Shown: piece by piece, positions 1 to 11,522 of the stretch
Position numbering within the stretch: the first letter of the stretch is position 1
Layout of the letters: each line of letters opens with the position of its first letter
Origin: Trypanosoma brucei
Taxonomy: Eukaryota
Length of the DNA stretch: 64,000 nucleotides
Reading direction: 5' to 3'
Assembly: GCA_000002445.1 (NCBI GenBank)
Contig: CM000208.1
Span: forward strand, 128,001-192,000
Position numbers and translations under genes: made by a program
Notes under the pieces: generated by a model
What the model saw: only the letters and a program-made list of their open reading frames with translations
Told to the model about the DNA's origin: nothing
The model's database searches: none

Positions 1-866
1 AAAGAAAAGGGGATTGAAAAAAAAAAGAAAAAAAGAAAAAAAGTGGAAATGAGAGTTGCGTTAACTGACGCAACTCCGTCGCTATGTTTTAATGAGTGAC
101 ACGCGTGTCTTTTTTTTTAAAAAAAAAACCTCTCTTTCTTTCTTTTACTATTTTATTATTTTATTTCTCTCTTAAACACACGTACAAATTGCAAAAGCAA
201 ATACACCAAAGAAAAACACATTTCATCATTCTCATTATTATTATTATTGTTGTTGGTGGTGGTGCTGTTTTTTTTTCCCCCCTCCTCCTCTTCCTTCTTC
301 TGATTTATGTTATCGGCAATCTTATGTTTGCTCTCTGATGCATTTATGTTTTTCCTTTCTTTCTTTCTTATTTATTTATTTCTACTCCCTAACATCACTC
401 ATGTCTTCGATATTTTACTACCTTTTTATGAGCTATTTATTTATGTTTGTGTTTATGTTTATGTGTGTGCCGGCAGCGACTTCCTGTCCTTATTATTCTT
501 CATTATTATTTGTATTTATTTTCTGTTTGATCCGTTTTTTCCCCCCCTTTTACTCTGCCTTGTTATGTCATGTCTGTCCTTCTTTTTCTTTTTTTTTTTG
601 GTTTTTACTGTTTTTTTTTTTACTTTTTGTATATCTTCATGGTAATTTATTTCCCCCTTTTGTTTTTTTCTTTCTATTATATATACGCAATGTGTAACAA
701 ATATCCCTTTAAATATAATATCACTGTGTATGTGTGTGTGTCGCGCACCATTTGGCTCATAAATGTCATGTACCTCATTTCCCTTTCTTTCTTTCTGTTT
801 AATTCATTCCTTCCTTTTATTCATTTATTTACTTATTTACTTAATCTGCTTTTTATTTTATAAAAA

Positions 867-912
867 AAATATATATATATATATATATCCATCCATCCAT
901 TCATCCATATAT
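867..912. repeat. (TA)n followed by (CCAT)n simple repeat
   Basis: atatatatatatatatatatccatccatccattcatccat seen directly. Confidence 0.8.
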
Positions 913-3000
913 ATATTAATATATTAATATATTTAATTATATTTATTTATATAAAAGAGTGCTGATATCAAATCGTTTCGAATTTTAACTCGTGTTTGCT
1001 TCGGGTTTTTTTTTACCCCTCCTCCTCTGCTGAATTGACAGGCGATTATCCAATGGAGATGGTTGATATTATTGTTATTATTAGTTTAACATATGCGTGT
1101 GTTATTTTTTATTCTAACGCAAAAGTGATGAAGAAAAAATAAAAAGAGATTATCTGCAACGTTTTATAAAAATAAAATAAAATAATTACTGTTGTTATTG
1201 TTGTTGTTGTTGTTGCTACTGCTATTATTATTATTATTTTTAAAAATATTATGAATATTTATTTCCTTTCTTTGATGTGTGATCGCATCTACTCCTCATT
1301 TTTCTCGAGTACATGTACCGAAAATGCCATAAATTCCGCTATTTTTTTTTTTTGCGTTTGTGTGGTGACAGAATTGTGAAGAAATTATTCAAAAAAAAAT
1401 AATAATTAAAAATGAACGAAAAAAAAAAGACGAAATAAAATAAATAATTATATATATATAAACAAATATTGATAAATTCAAGACGGTTATCTGACATGAG
1501 TGTTGTACAAAAAAAAAAAGAAGCAAAGAGTCGAGAAATTATAAAAGTGGTGGAAAAGTGCCTGAGAAAGAGTGACGGAGGGAGAAAATATGTTAAAATA
1601 TATAAATATATGTATTGTATTTTGTTTTTTTTTCTACCTCCCATTCCTTCTATGTTTTTCTATAGATTTATAAATAAATTAATAAAAATATACGCAAGAA
1701 AGCGTGTCTGAGTTTACATGTGGTCACTGCATCAATTTCATTACGAGAAGGACCGGCAAGTGACGAACCGCAATGTATAATAAATATATATATTTTTTTC
1801 TTTTTTTTTTTTTAGCATATTTATATTTATATCTATCGGCATGTTCATATTCGTTTCTTTTTTTTTTTAATTTGGTAGAATTCTTTTTGTTTAACTCTTT
1901 GGCATTCCATTTCCCATTCGTCCTCTTTTGCACGCAAACGTGTGGCTGAGTGGTGGAATCTGCCGGTAATGAAGAAATAAAACAATAAATGACAATTAAA
2001 AAAGAAGAAAAGAGAAACAATAATGATAAAACAAACTCACATTTCTTTTTTTTTTTTAAAGAAAAAGGTGCGAAATTATTAACGTAATGAATTAAACAGG
2101 TGACTATTTGACAGAAAGATGTGAATAACTACAGAAATTTGAGAGAAAGAGAAAAGAAACGAAAAAAAAAAGGACAAAAAAAAGAAGGAATAAATCAACA
2201 AAGTAATATGAAAAAAAAATGTGATTCACGTATGTATTAATGTATGAAACACATTTATGTCTCAATGGATTTTGCTGCTTTTTCTCATTATATTTATGTT
2301 TGTCTCTCGATGTATTTATTTCTTTATTTATTTTTTAAATATGTGAAAGGAATTTATTTGTGACGCGTCAGGAACTCCTCGCGCCTGTTATCATTTCACG
2401 TAATGGAGAATAAATAAATAAATATTTATATTTACGCGCTCGTTTTGTTGAATTCTTATCCTTCATCATATCCATTGTACCATTTTTATATTTATAATTC
2501 ATCTATTCAATTTTATTCTGTTTCTTGTTTTACCTATTTATTTTTCATCTGTACACGAATTAACAGATTGCGTTTAGCAGTTATCAATTCAGTTCCAAAA
2601 AAAAAAAAGAGAGAAGGCATATTCTTTCTGTGTATGAGTTCACAAAAAAAAAAGAAAATGTTATTAAATGTATTCACGTGTCGTTTTGCTTTCTTTTTTT
2701 TTTGTTTCCCCTTCACTCTGCTCAGACACTCTACAAGGAGAAAAAAGATGTTTTCTTGTTGTTGTTATTATTATTATTATTTCGTTCATGTTGTTTTGTT
2801 CTATTCTGTTTTTTTTCCTTTTCCTTTTGCTACCCGGTGCGAAAACGGTATCTTCTTTAATATGGTGAAGTGAGCGAGTAATAGCTATTTTTAAAAAAAA
2901 TAATCAAACGATAAAAGTTAAAAATGAAAAAGGAAATGATGACGATGACGATGGCGATGGAGAATAAAATAGGGAGAAATGTACGATTGACTCCCACTTA

Positions 3001-3200
3001 TTTCATTCCATTCTTCCCTCTGTTTATTGTTTCTTAAATATGTGTTCTTATTCTCATTTTTGTTTCGGTCATTTCTTAATACATTACTGCCTGCTCTTCT
3101 TTTTCTCTTTTTTTTTATTTCAACACGTTGCGTATCAAATAGTAATACACAACAGGTGACGAGGAGCTTCCTTCCCCTCCTTCCCTTTTTTCTCCTTTTA
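3001..3200 (+). promoter_or_regulatory. Polypyrimidine tracts (candidate trans-splicing/polyadenylation signal) upstream of the 3331 gene
   Basis: Long C/T runs at 3001-3121 and 3165-3195, followed by AG dinucleotides before the ATG at 3331. Confidence 0.4.
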
Positions 3201-3330
3201 AAAGATAAAAAGAAAACATTAATCACAAACATATCTGTACGTTTGGGAGGAATAACGACGGAGGGAAGGTACACATATTTTCATTGAAAGAATCAAAAAT
3301 AAAAAATCTTTTAAAAAAATATTACATCAC

Positions 3331-4335
3331 ATGCCTCTCATGTCTGCAGATGGAAGTGGTGAATTGCCACCCGTAATGCTCCATCGCTATCCGGTAACAC
3401 TTGGACTTCCCACGGCGGATCCATATGCACTTGCTATCGAGTGTATGTTACGAATTGTTGGGGCACATTACAAAAAAAGAGATGGAGGACTACCCGTTAC
3501 ACTCGAAGTGCCAGTTGATGGTAGGAATAAACCTGCGATGAAGCGACATGAGGGTCTCACGTCATGTTTACAATTAATTGAGTCCGCCACACATCAGGAC
3601 GCGGAAGTAATCACATCGGCACTTGAACCGGAGGCGTTGTGTGTGCGACTTACGGCTGAGGTGGTGTTAATACCCGCGTTTGTGTATATAACGCATAGTG
3701 ATGCCGGAATTTTACGTAATGCCATTCAAAAGGCGGTAGAACCAAAAGTGGCGAGCATGTGGCAACGGTTCCGCGGTTCATATTCCCGTCACGTGGTGCA
3801 ACAAACGTCTTTTTGTCGGTCGTATAAAAATATGGGTGAAGCCATCGAGAATGTGGAGCGCTGCCTTCGGGCGATTGAAGCAATTTGTTCGATTAACACG
3901 GCTGGTAATGGGATGTTCATTCTTGGTACTGAGAGACCATGCAGTGCTGACGCGTTAATATACGCGGCAGCTTCTTCTTTTTTTCATGCTGATTTTGCTT
4001 CCCGCCAGGCATCAGGCGATATTATTGCAATGCAGCAGCGGTTAAGGGAAGGATGCCCCACATTACTGACTTACGTGGAGCGACTCCGTGGGTTATATTT
4101 CGAAGATTACAGTGCCTTCTACCACCTGCGTGCCCCAACCTGTGGAATGGAGGGTGAAGCTACGCAGAAGGCTGCAGAAGAAACTTTTGTTAGGGGACGG
4201 TGGAAAGTTTTGGCATTCACCGGCGTTTTCTCTATCACATATTTTCTTGTTGCAAATATAGATGTCTTTTCGGCAGTTCTGCTGCATTATCTGGAGGATG
4301 ACGGGGAAGAAGAGTTTTTAGAAGATGAAGAGTGA
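3331..4335 (+). CDS. Conserved hypothetical protein; possible metaxin-like GST-fold protein with C-terminal tail-anchor
   Basis: 334-aa ORF starting with ATG. The C-terminal half (SADALIYAAASSFFHADF...CPTLLTYVERLRGLYF) resembles the GST-C/metaxin fold. A hydrophobic segment (VLAFTGVFSITYFLVANIDVFSAVLL) precedes an acidic tail at the extreme C-terminus. Upstream polyY 3001-3200. Confidence 0.6.
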   Translation: MPLMSADGSGELPPVMLHRYPVTLGLPTADPYALAIECMLRIVGAHYKKRDGGLPVTLEVPVDGRNKPAMKRHEGLTSCLQLIESATHQDAEVITSALEPEALCVRLTAEVVLIPAFVYITHSDAGILRNAIQKAVEPKVASMWQRFRGSYSRHVVQQTSFCRSYKNMGEAIENVERCLRAIEAICSINTAGNGMFILGTERPCSADALIYAAASSFFHADFASRQASGDIIAMQQRLREGCPTLLTYVERLRGLYFEDYSAFYHLRAPTCGMEGEATQKAAEETFVRGRWKVLAFTGVFSITYFLVANIDVFSAVLLHYLEDDGEEEFLEDEE

Positions 4336-5296
4336 AGAATCTCCAACAGATCACTCAAGTGAGTGATACATGAGGTAAAACAACAAAGGGGAGGAAGAAG
4401 CACCAGAAGGGAGTTGAATGGAGGAGCGAATGGAGTCCAACATTCATGAATGCGGGACGATATATATATATATATTAATGCATATAAACATGTACGCGTG
4501 AGAGCAGCGCTTGAAGGGAACGAAAGAAATTAAAAAAATTACGGATGTTTGAATGACAGATCCCTTTACTCTGAGAAGGTTCATCATTCAGCAACGCCGT
4601 TTCTTTTCCTTTATCTTCTCTATTCTATGGATTCTCCTGTGCCATGTGGGTTCGCGTTATAGTTGTATGTGTTGTCCCATTCTATTCTCCCTTTTTTTTA
4701 GTCTTAACGGGCACTAAAAGTGAGGGCAGTTAAAAATGTAGGCACGAGCAGGGTGCGGGCGAGGGACTTCCACTAACAAATCGTCACATTTCTCGTTTGT
4801 CTGCATATCTTTCTTTTTCTTGTTTTTTTTGTATTTCACAGGTTGTCACAACAGAAAGCGTTTCGTTGGTGTGTGTGTGTGTGTTTGTGTGTGTGCACGT
4901 TAGCGGTGTTGTTTACTTAGTCCCTATTTCGCTACCATCTATCAGTTTTGGTTCTGTTTTTTTTCTTTTAGTTTTCGTGCAAAAGTCTTTGTTATTGCCT
5001 TTTATTGAAATGTTGCTTTACTGTCAATGTTCCCCGTTCTTCTGCCTTTGTGCTTATCCTATTCTATCGCCGTTGATATGCGGCATGCAGTAGGTTTTCC
5101 TCCTTGAAGAAGGTGAAGGCAAGGGACCATTATTATTTTTTTTTTGTATTGCGGCAGAAGGTTGCGGAAGCTACTGTCAGTTCAACGATACTCAAGCGGT
5201 TACGTGTAAGCAAACAAAGGAGGGTGTTCAGGACACTATAAATTACTTCACAGTTTATTTACCTTTAAATCGTAATTGTCTTCACGTTTGGGTAAA

Positions 5297-6487
5297 ATGC
5301 AGGGCAGTTGGTCGGTTTTGAAGAAGAACTGTTCTAACTTCTTCCCTGGTTTACTCGCCTTTGCCCAACAGACGCAAGAGGCATACGGCATTTGGCTCCG
5401 AATTTATAACCGTCAACAAAAATATGGCCCAACAGACTTCGTTGAGCAGAGCGAAACATTTTCACCCGACTACCATAAACGCTTCCACTCACAAGACAAG
5501 AACATGTGGGTTGACAAGGAGCTCTGCACGGAAGTCTCCCAGAAGGAAGTGGCGCGTCTGATGACGTACAAACTTGACATGTGGCGTATGGCTCATTGCG
5601 CTGGTGCGTTATTGGCCACGGGTGGTTATGCCATTCCCTTCGGACTCTTTTGGCTCGCAAATGATACGTGGGTTCCATCATCTTTTAACCTTACTGGAGA
5701 GGAACTCCGGGCGTGGCGTGAAGCTCAGGACCTTTACCGTTACCGCAGTGCGCCGTCATATCTTACGGATACGAAATGGCACTTCGATTTTCATGCGTAT
5801 CCATGGAATGAAACACAGGAACGTGCCTGGGATGACTTGTTTGAGAAGAATGATGTTCGACGTGACCCTAAAGTGGTACGCCCCGCCGCTGAGATGTATG
5901 ACGGCTTCATCAAGTTTGAGTTGATTCGTCGCAAGTCTCTTCGTCATCTTTGCAGGAGCATGAACATTCCCACCTTTCCCATGCTCGCCCGCCTTTGCAA
6001 TGGTACACGGGTGCGTGACTACTGGAATTTGGCATGGTGTGAAGATTACATGGTCATAACGCAGCGACTGCACGAGTCCATGACGGATGAGGAACTATAT
6101 GACTATGCGTGGCGTCGGTATCTTGCCCCTTATGATAAGAACCTCAATCGAGAACAGCTTATGGAGCGTGTAGAGGATTATTTTGAGTTCCTTGGCCCTG
6201 ACTTCGTTGCCCATGGAAAGGCACCGAATCTTGTCATTTTAACCAATTATGTCCTTGGTTATTATAACGACCCCGCTTATCTGGAGGGAGACATATCGGA
6301 ACTGGACAAAAATGATTACGACCACTTAGCGAGTTGGGGGAAAGATGCGTTTCTGCGCCGACTCGAATTTGAAAACGGGCCTCTAAGAGATCAGGTGGAG
6401 GCGCACACACAACGTTTGTTGGCGGAGCGTGCAGCGATTGCAAAGGGTGATAATGCAGCCGCAGTGGAGGGCCGACACACAGCTTAG
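5297..6487 (+). CDS. Conserved hypothetical protein
   Basis: Long ORF in the + polycistron. The track start 5276 is TTG; the first in-frame ATG is 5297. One hydrophobic segment (AGALLATGGYAIPFGLFWLA). No family recognised. Confidence 0.6.
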   Translation: MQGSWSVLKKNCSNFFPGLLAFAQQTQEAYGIWLRIYNRQQKYGPTDFVEQSETFSPDYHKRFHSQDKNMWVDKELCTEVSQKEVARLMTYKLDMWRMAHCAGALLATGGYAIPFGLFWLANDTWVPSSFNLTGEELRAWREAQDLYRYRSAPSYLTDTKWHFDFHAYPWNETQERAWDDLFEKNDVRRDPKVVRPAAEMYDGFIKFELIRRKSLRHLCRSMNIPTFPMLARLCNGTRVRDYWNLAWCEDYMVITQRLHESMTDEELYDYAWRRYLAPYDKNLNREQLMERVEDYFEFLGPDFVAHGKAPNLVILTNYVLGYYNDPAYLEGDISELDKNDYDHLASWGKDAFLRRLEFENGPLRDQVEAHTQRLLAERAAIAKGDNAAAVEGRHTA

Positions 6488-7140
6488 TTACTGCGATATC
6501 AGCACGTTTTTGTATTGTGTTGTGTTGTTGTGAATTTGAGTGTGGAGTGGACTGTGTAGGAAGAAATAGTAGTAGGTGGTTTCACGCGCACATCAGATTA
6601 GGGAACGTAAAAAAAAAAAAGGAGAGACAGATCTGGGAATGAAAGAAAGGAGGGGGATGTTAGGACGCTTGTGTACCTTTCTCGTATATGAAGTCATGTG
6701 CAAGCTACGCTGATAGAGCAATAACATGGTGACAGAGTGAAAGGCAAAAGGCACTTGCAGAAGGGGGAATTTTTGTTTTCGTATTTGATATTAACTCTCC
6801 ATGTGTTGTCGCAGCGACTGTTTTCGCATATGACATAATTGCGCACATGACAGCATGCATCAGCAGTTTTGGTAGCATCTGCCTCATGTCAATGTTTGAC
6901 AGTCAAAGGTTGAAATCATGTCATGATGGAGGTGGTTCAACACCTCAAGGGGACTTTTTTTTTTTGAATATTTTGGCGATGCCTTCATGACGTTTATGCG
7001 GTGCAAGAAGCAGGTTCCCTTTATTCTTTTTACTTTCCAGATCTTCATCGGAATGTCCAATCGAAGTTTAGTGTGAATGAATGACTTTATATTTGTCTGT
7101 GTCCTTTTTGTTGTTTTGTGGTCTCCCATCTGAAACTCAT

Positions 7141-7232
7141 TTTATTTTACTCTTTCTTTTATCTCATTATGATTTTACTCCCTCTGGAGGACAAAATCAC
7201 GTTTATCACCTCTTTTTTCTTTGCCCATTTAG
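7141..7232 (+). promoter_or_regulatory. Polypyrimidine tract upstream of the CTL gene
   Basis: C/T-rich sequence ttactctttcttttatctc...cctcttttttctttgcccatttagg, about 270 nt upstream of ATG 7497. Confidence 0.35.
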
Positions 7233-7496
7233 GTAGTAGAGGTCACTAGGTCCTAGTTTTCTTTTTTAATTCCACTTCGCCACGTTACTCCAATCAAGCA
7301 AAGAGAAAAGGTAAAAAGAAGGGGAGTGAGTTGAGTCAGACAAGAAAAGAATACGTGGGTCGACGCAGTGTGATAATATAAAGGCGTGAAGCAGGGGGAT
7401 AAAAGTAAAGGAAAAGAGAAGTGGGAACGGTATCCTATTTTCACGCACCGTATACCATAGTGAGTTGCTAACACCGTATTTGATTACTTACGGAAT

Positions 7497-9563
7497 ATGG
7501 GCAATGAACCTGATGAAGCCCGAGTGGGCGGGGTGCCTGAAATGCCAAAGGTATATGAAAAGAAGCGCACCTGCACAGATATTGTGTTCCTGTGCCTTTT
7601 CTTCGTTATGTTGTTGGCTTTCGCTGCTTTAGGCATCATTGCTTTTGTGGACGGCGAAGCGAAGGATTCCCTGAATGGTCGTGACAGAACTGGGCGTTAT
7701 TGTGGTAGCGGCTCTCCTCCAGAGGGTTTCGCTGAAAGTATACCTCAGGGTGCACCTTTTCAAAGTAAAGTCTGGGGTGAGAACAAATATCTGTGGTATC
7801 CGTTCCCATTGAAGCAAACGGCAATGTCGTTGAACCCACTGCTGTACCTCAGTTTGGGTCTGTGCGTGCAGCAGTGCCCAATGGCAAATGAGAGGTTATT
7901 GGAGCGTCTTTTGAAAAACCCCTCTTCTGTAACTGAAGAGGAGAAGAATACCATGAAGGTGTACTCGTATGGAGGCAGTTCAGTTGTGGAGAGTGGCATG
8001 CAACCGGTCAATCATGCGTTTCCGGTTTACCACACGGGGCCCATTTTGCGGCGGTGTCTTCCCACCATCACTCAGCCACCCTCCGTGCGCGATCTATTGA
8101 TGACTTCAGAGTATAGTCAGAGGGTTTACGCATTTGTGTTGAAGGGTGTACTGGAGGTGAAGGCAAGTTGGAAGGTTTTTCTGTGCGCCGCCGCTGCATG
8201 TACGCTCCTGTGCTTCATTTTCTTGTTTTTGGTGCGTTTCCTAATCAGCTTCGTCGTGTGGGCGTCCATTATTGCATGCTTCCTTTTGCTGTTAAGCGGT
8301 GGGTGCATATGCATTCAGCTTTACCTTAACGACGGTCACTTTATGAACCTCCATTTAGACGTCACGAAGTACTCTGTTCTTTTGCTGTGCGTTGCTATTG
8401 GGCTTTGGATCGGGGCGCTGGTGTATGTTTTTGTCATTATTGGAGCATGCCCGAGGATCCGCCTGGTATGCGCCTTAGCGAAAATCGCATCGCGTGTTGT
8501 TGATAATGCGCCATCAACTGTGCTGTTACCGATTCTAATGAACGTGGCGATTTTGTGTCTGCTGGTGTGGAGTATTCTCGTTGCTCTTGGCTTGTACAAT
8601 GCTCGGAGAAAAACTGGGAAGATTTCGTTCGTGCCCGTAACCGACGCTATTGGCATTAATGACGGTTCATTCAAGGGAATCGGTGAGACAAAATTCTACC
8701 AGGGGGTTGTGGAAGGCGTGGAGCACCGCTACGCATTGGTTTACCTCTTATTTGGAGAGTTGTTTGCCTTCCTGTGGTGCGTATCATTCCTCAACGCCGT
8801 GTCCTTTACATCAATTTCTTTCGTCTCGACATTTTGGTATTTTTCGAACCTTAATGGTGGTAAGAAGAGGGTACCATTTTTCGGGGTGCTGAGAGCGTTT
8901 GTATGGACAGTGTTTTATCATGCAGGAACGCTGGCGCTGGGTTCTCTTCTAATTGCTATTCTTCAGATCGTTCGCATATTACTTGTTTATGCGGCAGAAA
9001 AGGCAGAAGAGGCAGTGGACAGACATGACTTAATCCAATGCTTGCACTGTTACTTGCAGTATGCTCTCCTCTGTTTCGAGAACTTTGTGAGTAGTATCAA
9101 TAAGAACATTTACGTCGTTGTTTGTCTGACCTCCGGGAGCTTTTGCACATCAGCCTGCACCGGCCTCTCAGTGCTTAAGGGTCATTCCTCTGATTTGTTC
9201 CTCATCTCGTGGATGGTGTTATGCGTAAAGATTTTGGGAAAACTGTTTGTTACTGTCGGAACTGTCGTGACTTCATATTTACTTTTTAAGCACACAACTT
9301 TGGCACCGGGTGTGGATTCGATGGTAATGCCTCTCATTTTAATTGGTATCGGCGCATATTTCCTCAGCGGTCCCTTTTTTGATGTTTTCGATTCCTCCAC
9401 ACTCGCCCTATTGATTTGTTACTGCTACGATCACCACATCAACCAATCGGTTGGAATATTTTACGTTCCTGCGGAACTTGAGCACCAACTGAGTGACTAC
9501 TCTCAGAAGAAAAAGTTGCGCCGCCTGAAGAACCAACAAGCGGCCGCACATAGGAGAGGTTAA
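7497..9563 (+). CDS. Choline transporter-like protein (SLC44/CTL family, PF04515-type)
   Basis: 688 aa. The N-terminus (KRTCTDIVFLCLFFVMLLAF) matches the CTL N-terminal motif. There are multiple transmembrane segments. The C-terminal block (CFENFVSSINKNIYVVVCLTSGSFCTSAC ... LGKLFVTVGTVVTSYLLF ... IGAYFLSGPFFDVFDSSTLALLICYCYD) aligns with the conserved CTL C-terminal domain. Confidence 0.85.
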   Translation: MGNEPDEARVGGVPEMPKVYEKKRTCTDIVFLCLFFVMLLAFAALGIIAFVDGEAKDSLNGRDRTGRYCGSGSPPEGFAESIPQGAPFQSKVWGENKYLWYPFPLKQTAMSLNPLLYLSLGLCVQQCPMANERLLERLLKNPSSVTEEEKNTMKVYSYGGSSVVESGMQPVNHAFPVYHTGPILRRCLPTITQPPSVRDLLMTSEYSQRVYAFVLKGVLEVKASWKVFLCAAAACTLLCFIFLFLVRFLISFVVWASIIACFLLLLSGGCICIQLYLNDGHFMNLHLDVTKYSVLLLCVAIGLWIGALVYVFVIIGACPRIRLVCALAKIASRVVDNAPSTVLLPILMNVAILCLLVWSILVALGLYNARRKTGKISFVPVTDAIGINDGSFKGIGETKFYQGVVEGVEHRYALVYLLFGELFAFLWCVSFLNAVSFTSISFVSTFWYFSNLNGGKKRVPFFGVLRAFVWTVFYHAGTLALGSLLIAILQIVRILLVYAAEKAEEAVDRHDLIQCLHCYLQYALLCFENFVSSINKNIYVVVCLTSGSFCTSACTGLSVLKGHSSDLFLISWMVLCVKILGKLFVTVGTVVTSYLLFKHTTLAPGVDSMVMPLILIGIGAYFLSGPFFDVFDSSTLALLICYCYDHHINQSVGIFYVPAELEHQLSDYSQKKKLRRLKNQQAAAHRRG

Positions 9564-10021
9564 AATGAAAAAAAAATGAGAGGGTTGTGTGAGTATATTG
9601 ATATGAATTTAATCGTTAAGGCATGTTATGTTGTGTTATATTATTTGCATGCATACTTTGCTCTGCATCATATAAAGGGGTCACGTATTTTGCTGGCTGT
9701 TTTCCATTTTTTTTTTTCCATTTCCATTTCCCTTTTCTTTTTCGCTTTTTTTTCTTCTTCCATTTGGGCGTGCCACTTAATATTTGTTTCCTCTGTTCCT
9801 CCCCTACTGTTTTTCATAATGCTTTTTTTTTGTTGTTTACTCGACCGAATTTTCTTGTATTCCTTCCTTCTGTCCCATCTGTTGCTGCACAATATACTGT
9901 CTCTTTGCTATTTAAAAAAAAAAATCGGTGAGGTGGGGAACCTCCTTTAAAAACGTTTTCGAGCAGATGCGGATTTCTTCTTTTTTTTTTCTTTTGTTAC
10001 AATGTGTTTAATAATTTTTTG

Positions 10022-10046
10022 AAAAACAAACAAACAAACAAACAAA
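10022..10046. repeat. (AAAC)n microsatellite
   Basis: aaacaaacaaacaaacaaacaaaac seen directly. Confidence 0.8.
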
Positions 10047-11385
10047 ACTTACCCTTTTATAACTTCTTCATAACCGCTGCGGTGCTTCTCGGGCTCATAA
10101 GCCATTACTTTCTTTCTCTTTCAGAGTTGATGCTTTCTCTTTCTTTCTTTCTCTTTACCGCATGTAAAGGGAGGGTTAATGCATCCCAATAAGAAAAGTA
10201 AATTTTTTTAGGCTTATGTTTTATGTTTTGTGTTTTCGAAAAATATTTGTATGTTTTATTGGTGTATCAAATAGAGATGACTTTTGTGAAATAGTCGATA
10301 ACGGCAGTGATAACGATAAACGGAATTTTTTTTCTTTTTGACTTGAGGAGTGGTCTCATCCTTTTGGTTGTTATTGACGCTTGTTTTTTTTTCTTTCTTC
10401 CATTTCTTCATTCTTTTTTTTCTTCTTTGTTTTTCATATCCTTTTTTTTGTTTTGCAATTATTTACATTTATTCCTCCCTTCCGTATCTGTGGGGGAACA
10501 TTTTTGTTGTTGCCTAATTTCTTTTTTTTTGTTCCTTTTTCTTAAGTCGTTTCATTTCATAATGTTTTTTTTGCTTTTTTTTTGTGTGTTTGTGTTTGCA
10601 GTACCATATGGTGCTGCATTTATATTTTTATGTGAGTGAGTGTGTGTGTGTGTGTGCCATCAGTGTGTTTTTTTTTTTTTGGGGGGAGGTATTCTGCACA
10701 AAATCGAAAGAAAGGAAGAAAAAACGAAAAGGAAAGAAAAAAAAAAGAATGAAAAAAAATTAAGAAAAAAAACATCTCCAGATATTTTGCAAGCATATGC
10801 GGTGGCTTGCTGAAACGCATCTCTTCAGCATAATAAAGATGAGTTGTGTTGTACCTCACTTTTGTTTCTGTTTTTAAGTTCCTTAAGGCCGCTTACTTTT
10901 TTTGTTTTTGTTTTTGTTTTTGTTTTTTTTGTGGCGGCTTCTTGTCGTCTGCTGATGTTGAATTGTCTTCCGTTTTTTTTTGTTGTTGTATTTTTACTGT
11001 ACCTACATTTGTTGTGTTCACAAATATCAGGTGTTATTTTGTCCCACATTACTATGAAACTCGCTTCTTTATTATTGTTGTTTTTACCATTCAGTTGCTT
11101 CTCTTAAATATATATATATATATATAATTAAAAGAAATATGCGCTGCGTCTCATCTTTTCAATACGTTTTTCCCTCTTTTTTTTCCCCTCTTCCTCTACT
11201 CTCATTTTCCTCCTTCATAGTTTTAATTGTTTCATAGTTTTAAAAGGTGTAGTTTAAGGAAAAGATGTGCACATGTAACAAATGTTAGCGCTTCTGGTGT
11301 CTTTTTTTTTTTAAATTGCCATCATCACTATTATTGTTATAGTCATTATTAATCCTATTATTGCTTACATATTCCCCCCCCCCCC

Positions 11386-11522
11386 CACAAACACACACAC
11401 ACACTTTTTCTGCTACATTCTTTTTTTTTAAAAAAATTCGAGGGTGCGGTTGTACGTGCCACTGGAGGAGGAGGAAAAACAAAAAAAGAATGTAGCAGAA
11501 AAAGTGTGTGTGTGTGTTTGTG
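11386..11522. repeat. Perfect 42-bp inverted repeat (arms 11386-11427 and 11481-11522) with a 53-nt spacer; potential hairpin or cruciform
   Basis: Read directly from the sequence. The left arm is cacaaacacacacacacactttttctgctacattcttttttt. The reverse complement of 11481-11522 is identical. A C13 homopolymer flanks it on the 5' side (11374-11386). Confidence 0.9.

Noticed and set aside
96-2873. Several 60-140-aa + strand ORFs with poly-F/L/I/K translations
   Set aside because: These are translations of T-rich and A-rich simple sequence, with no protein-like composition.
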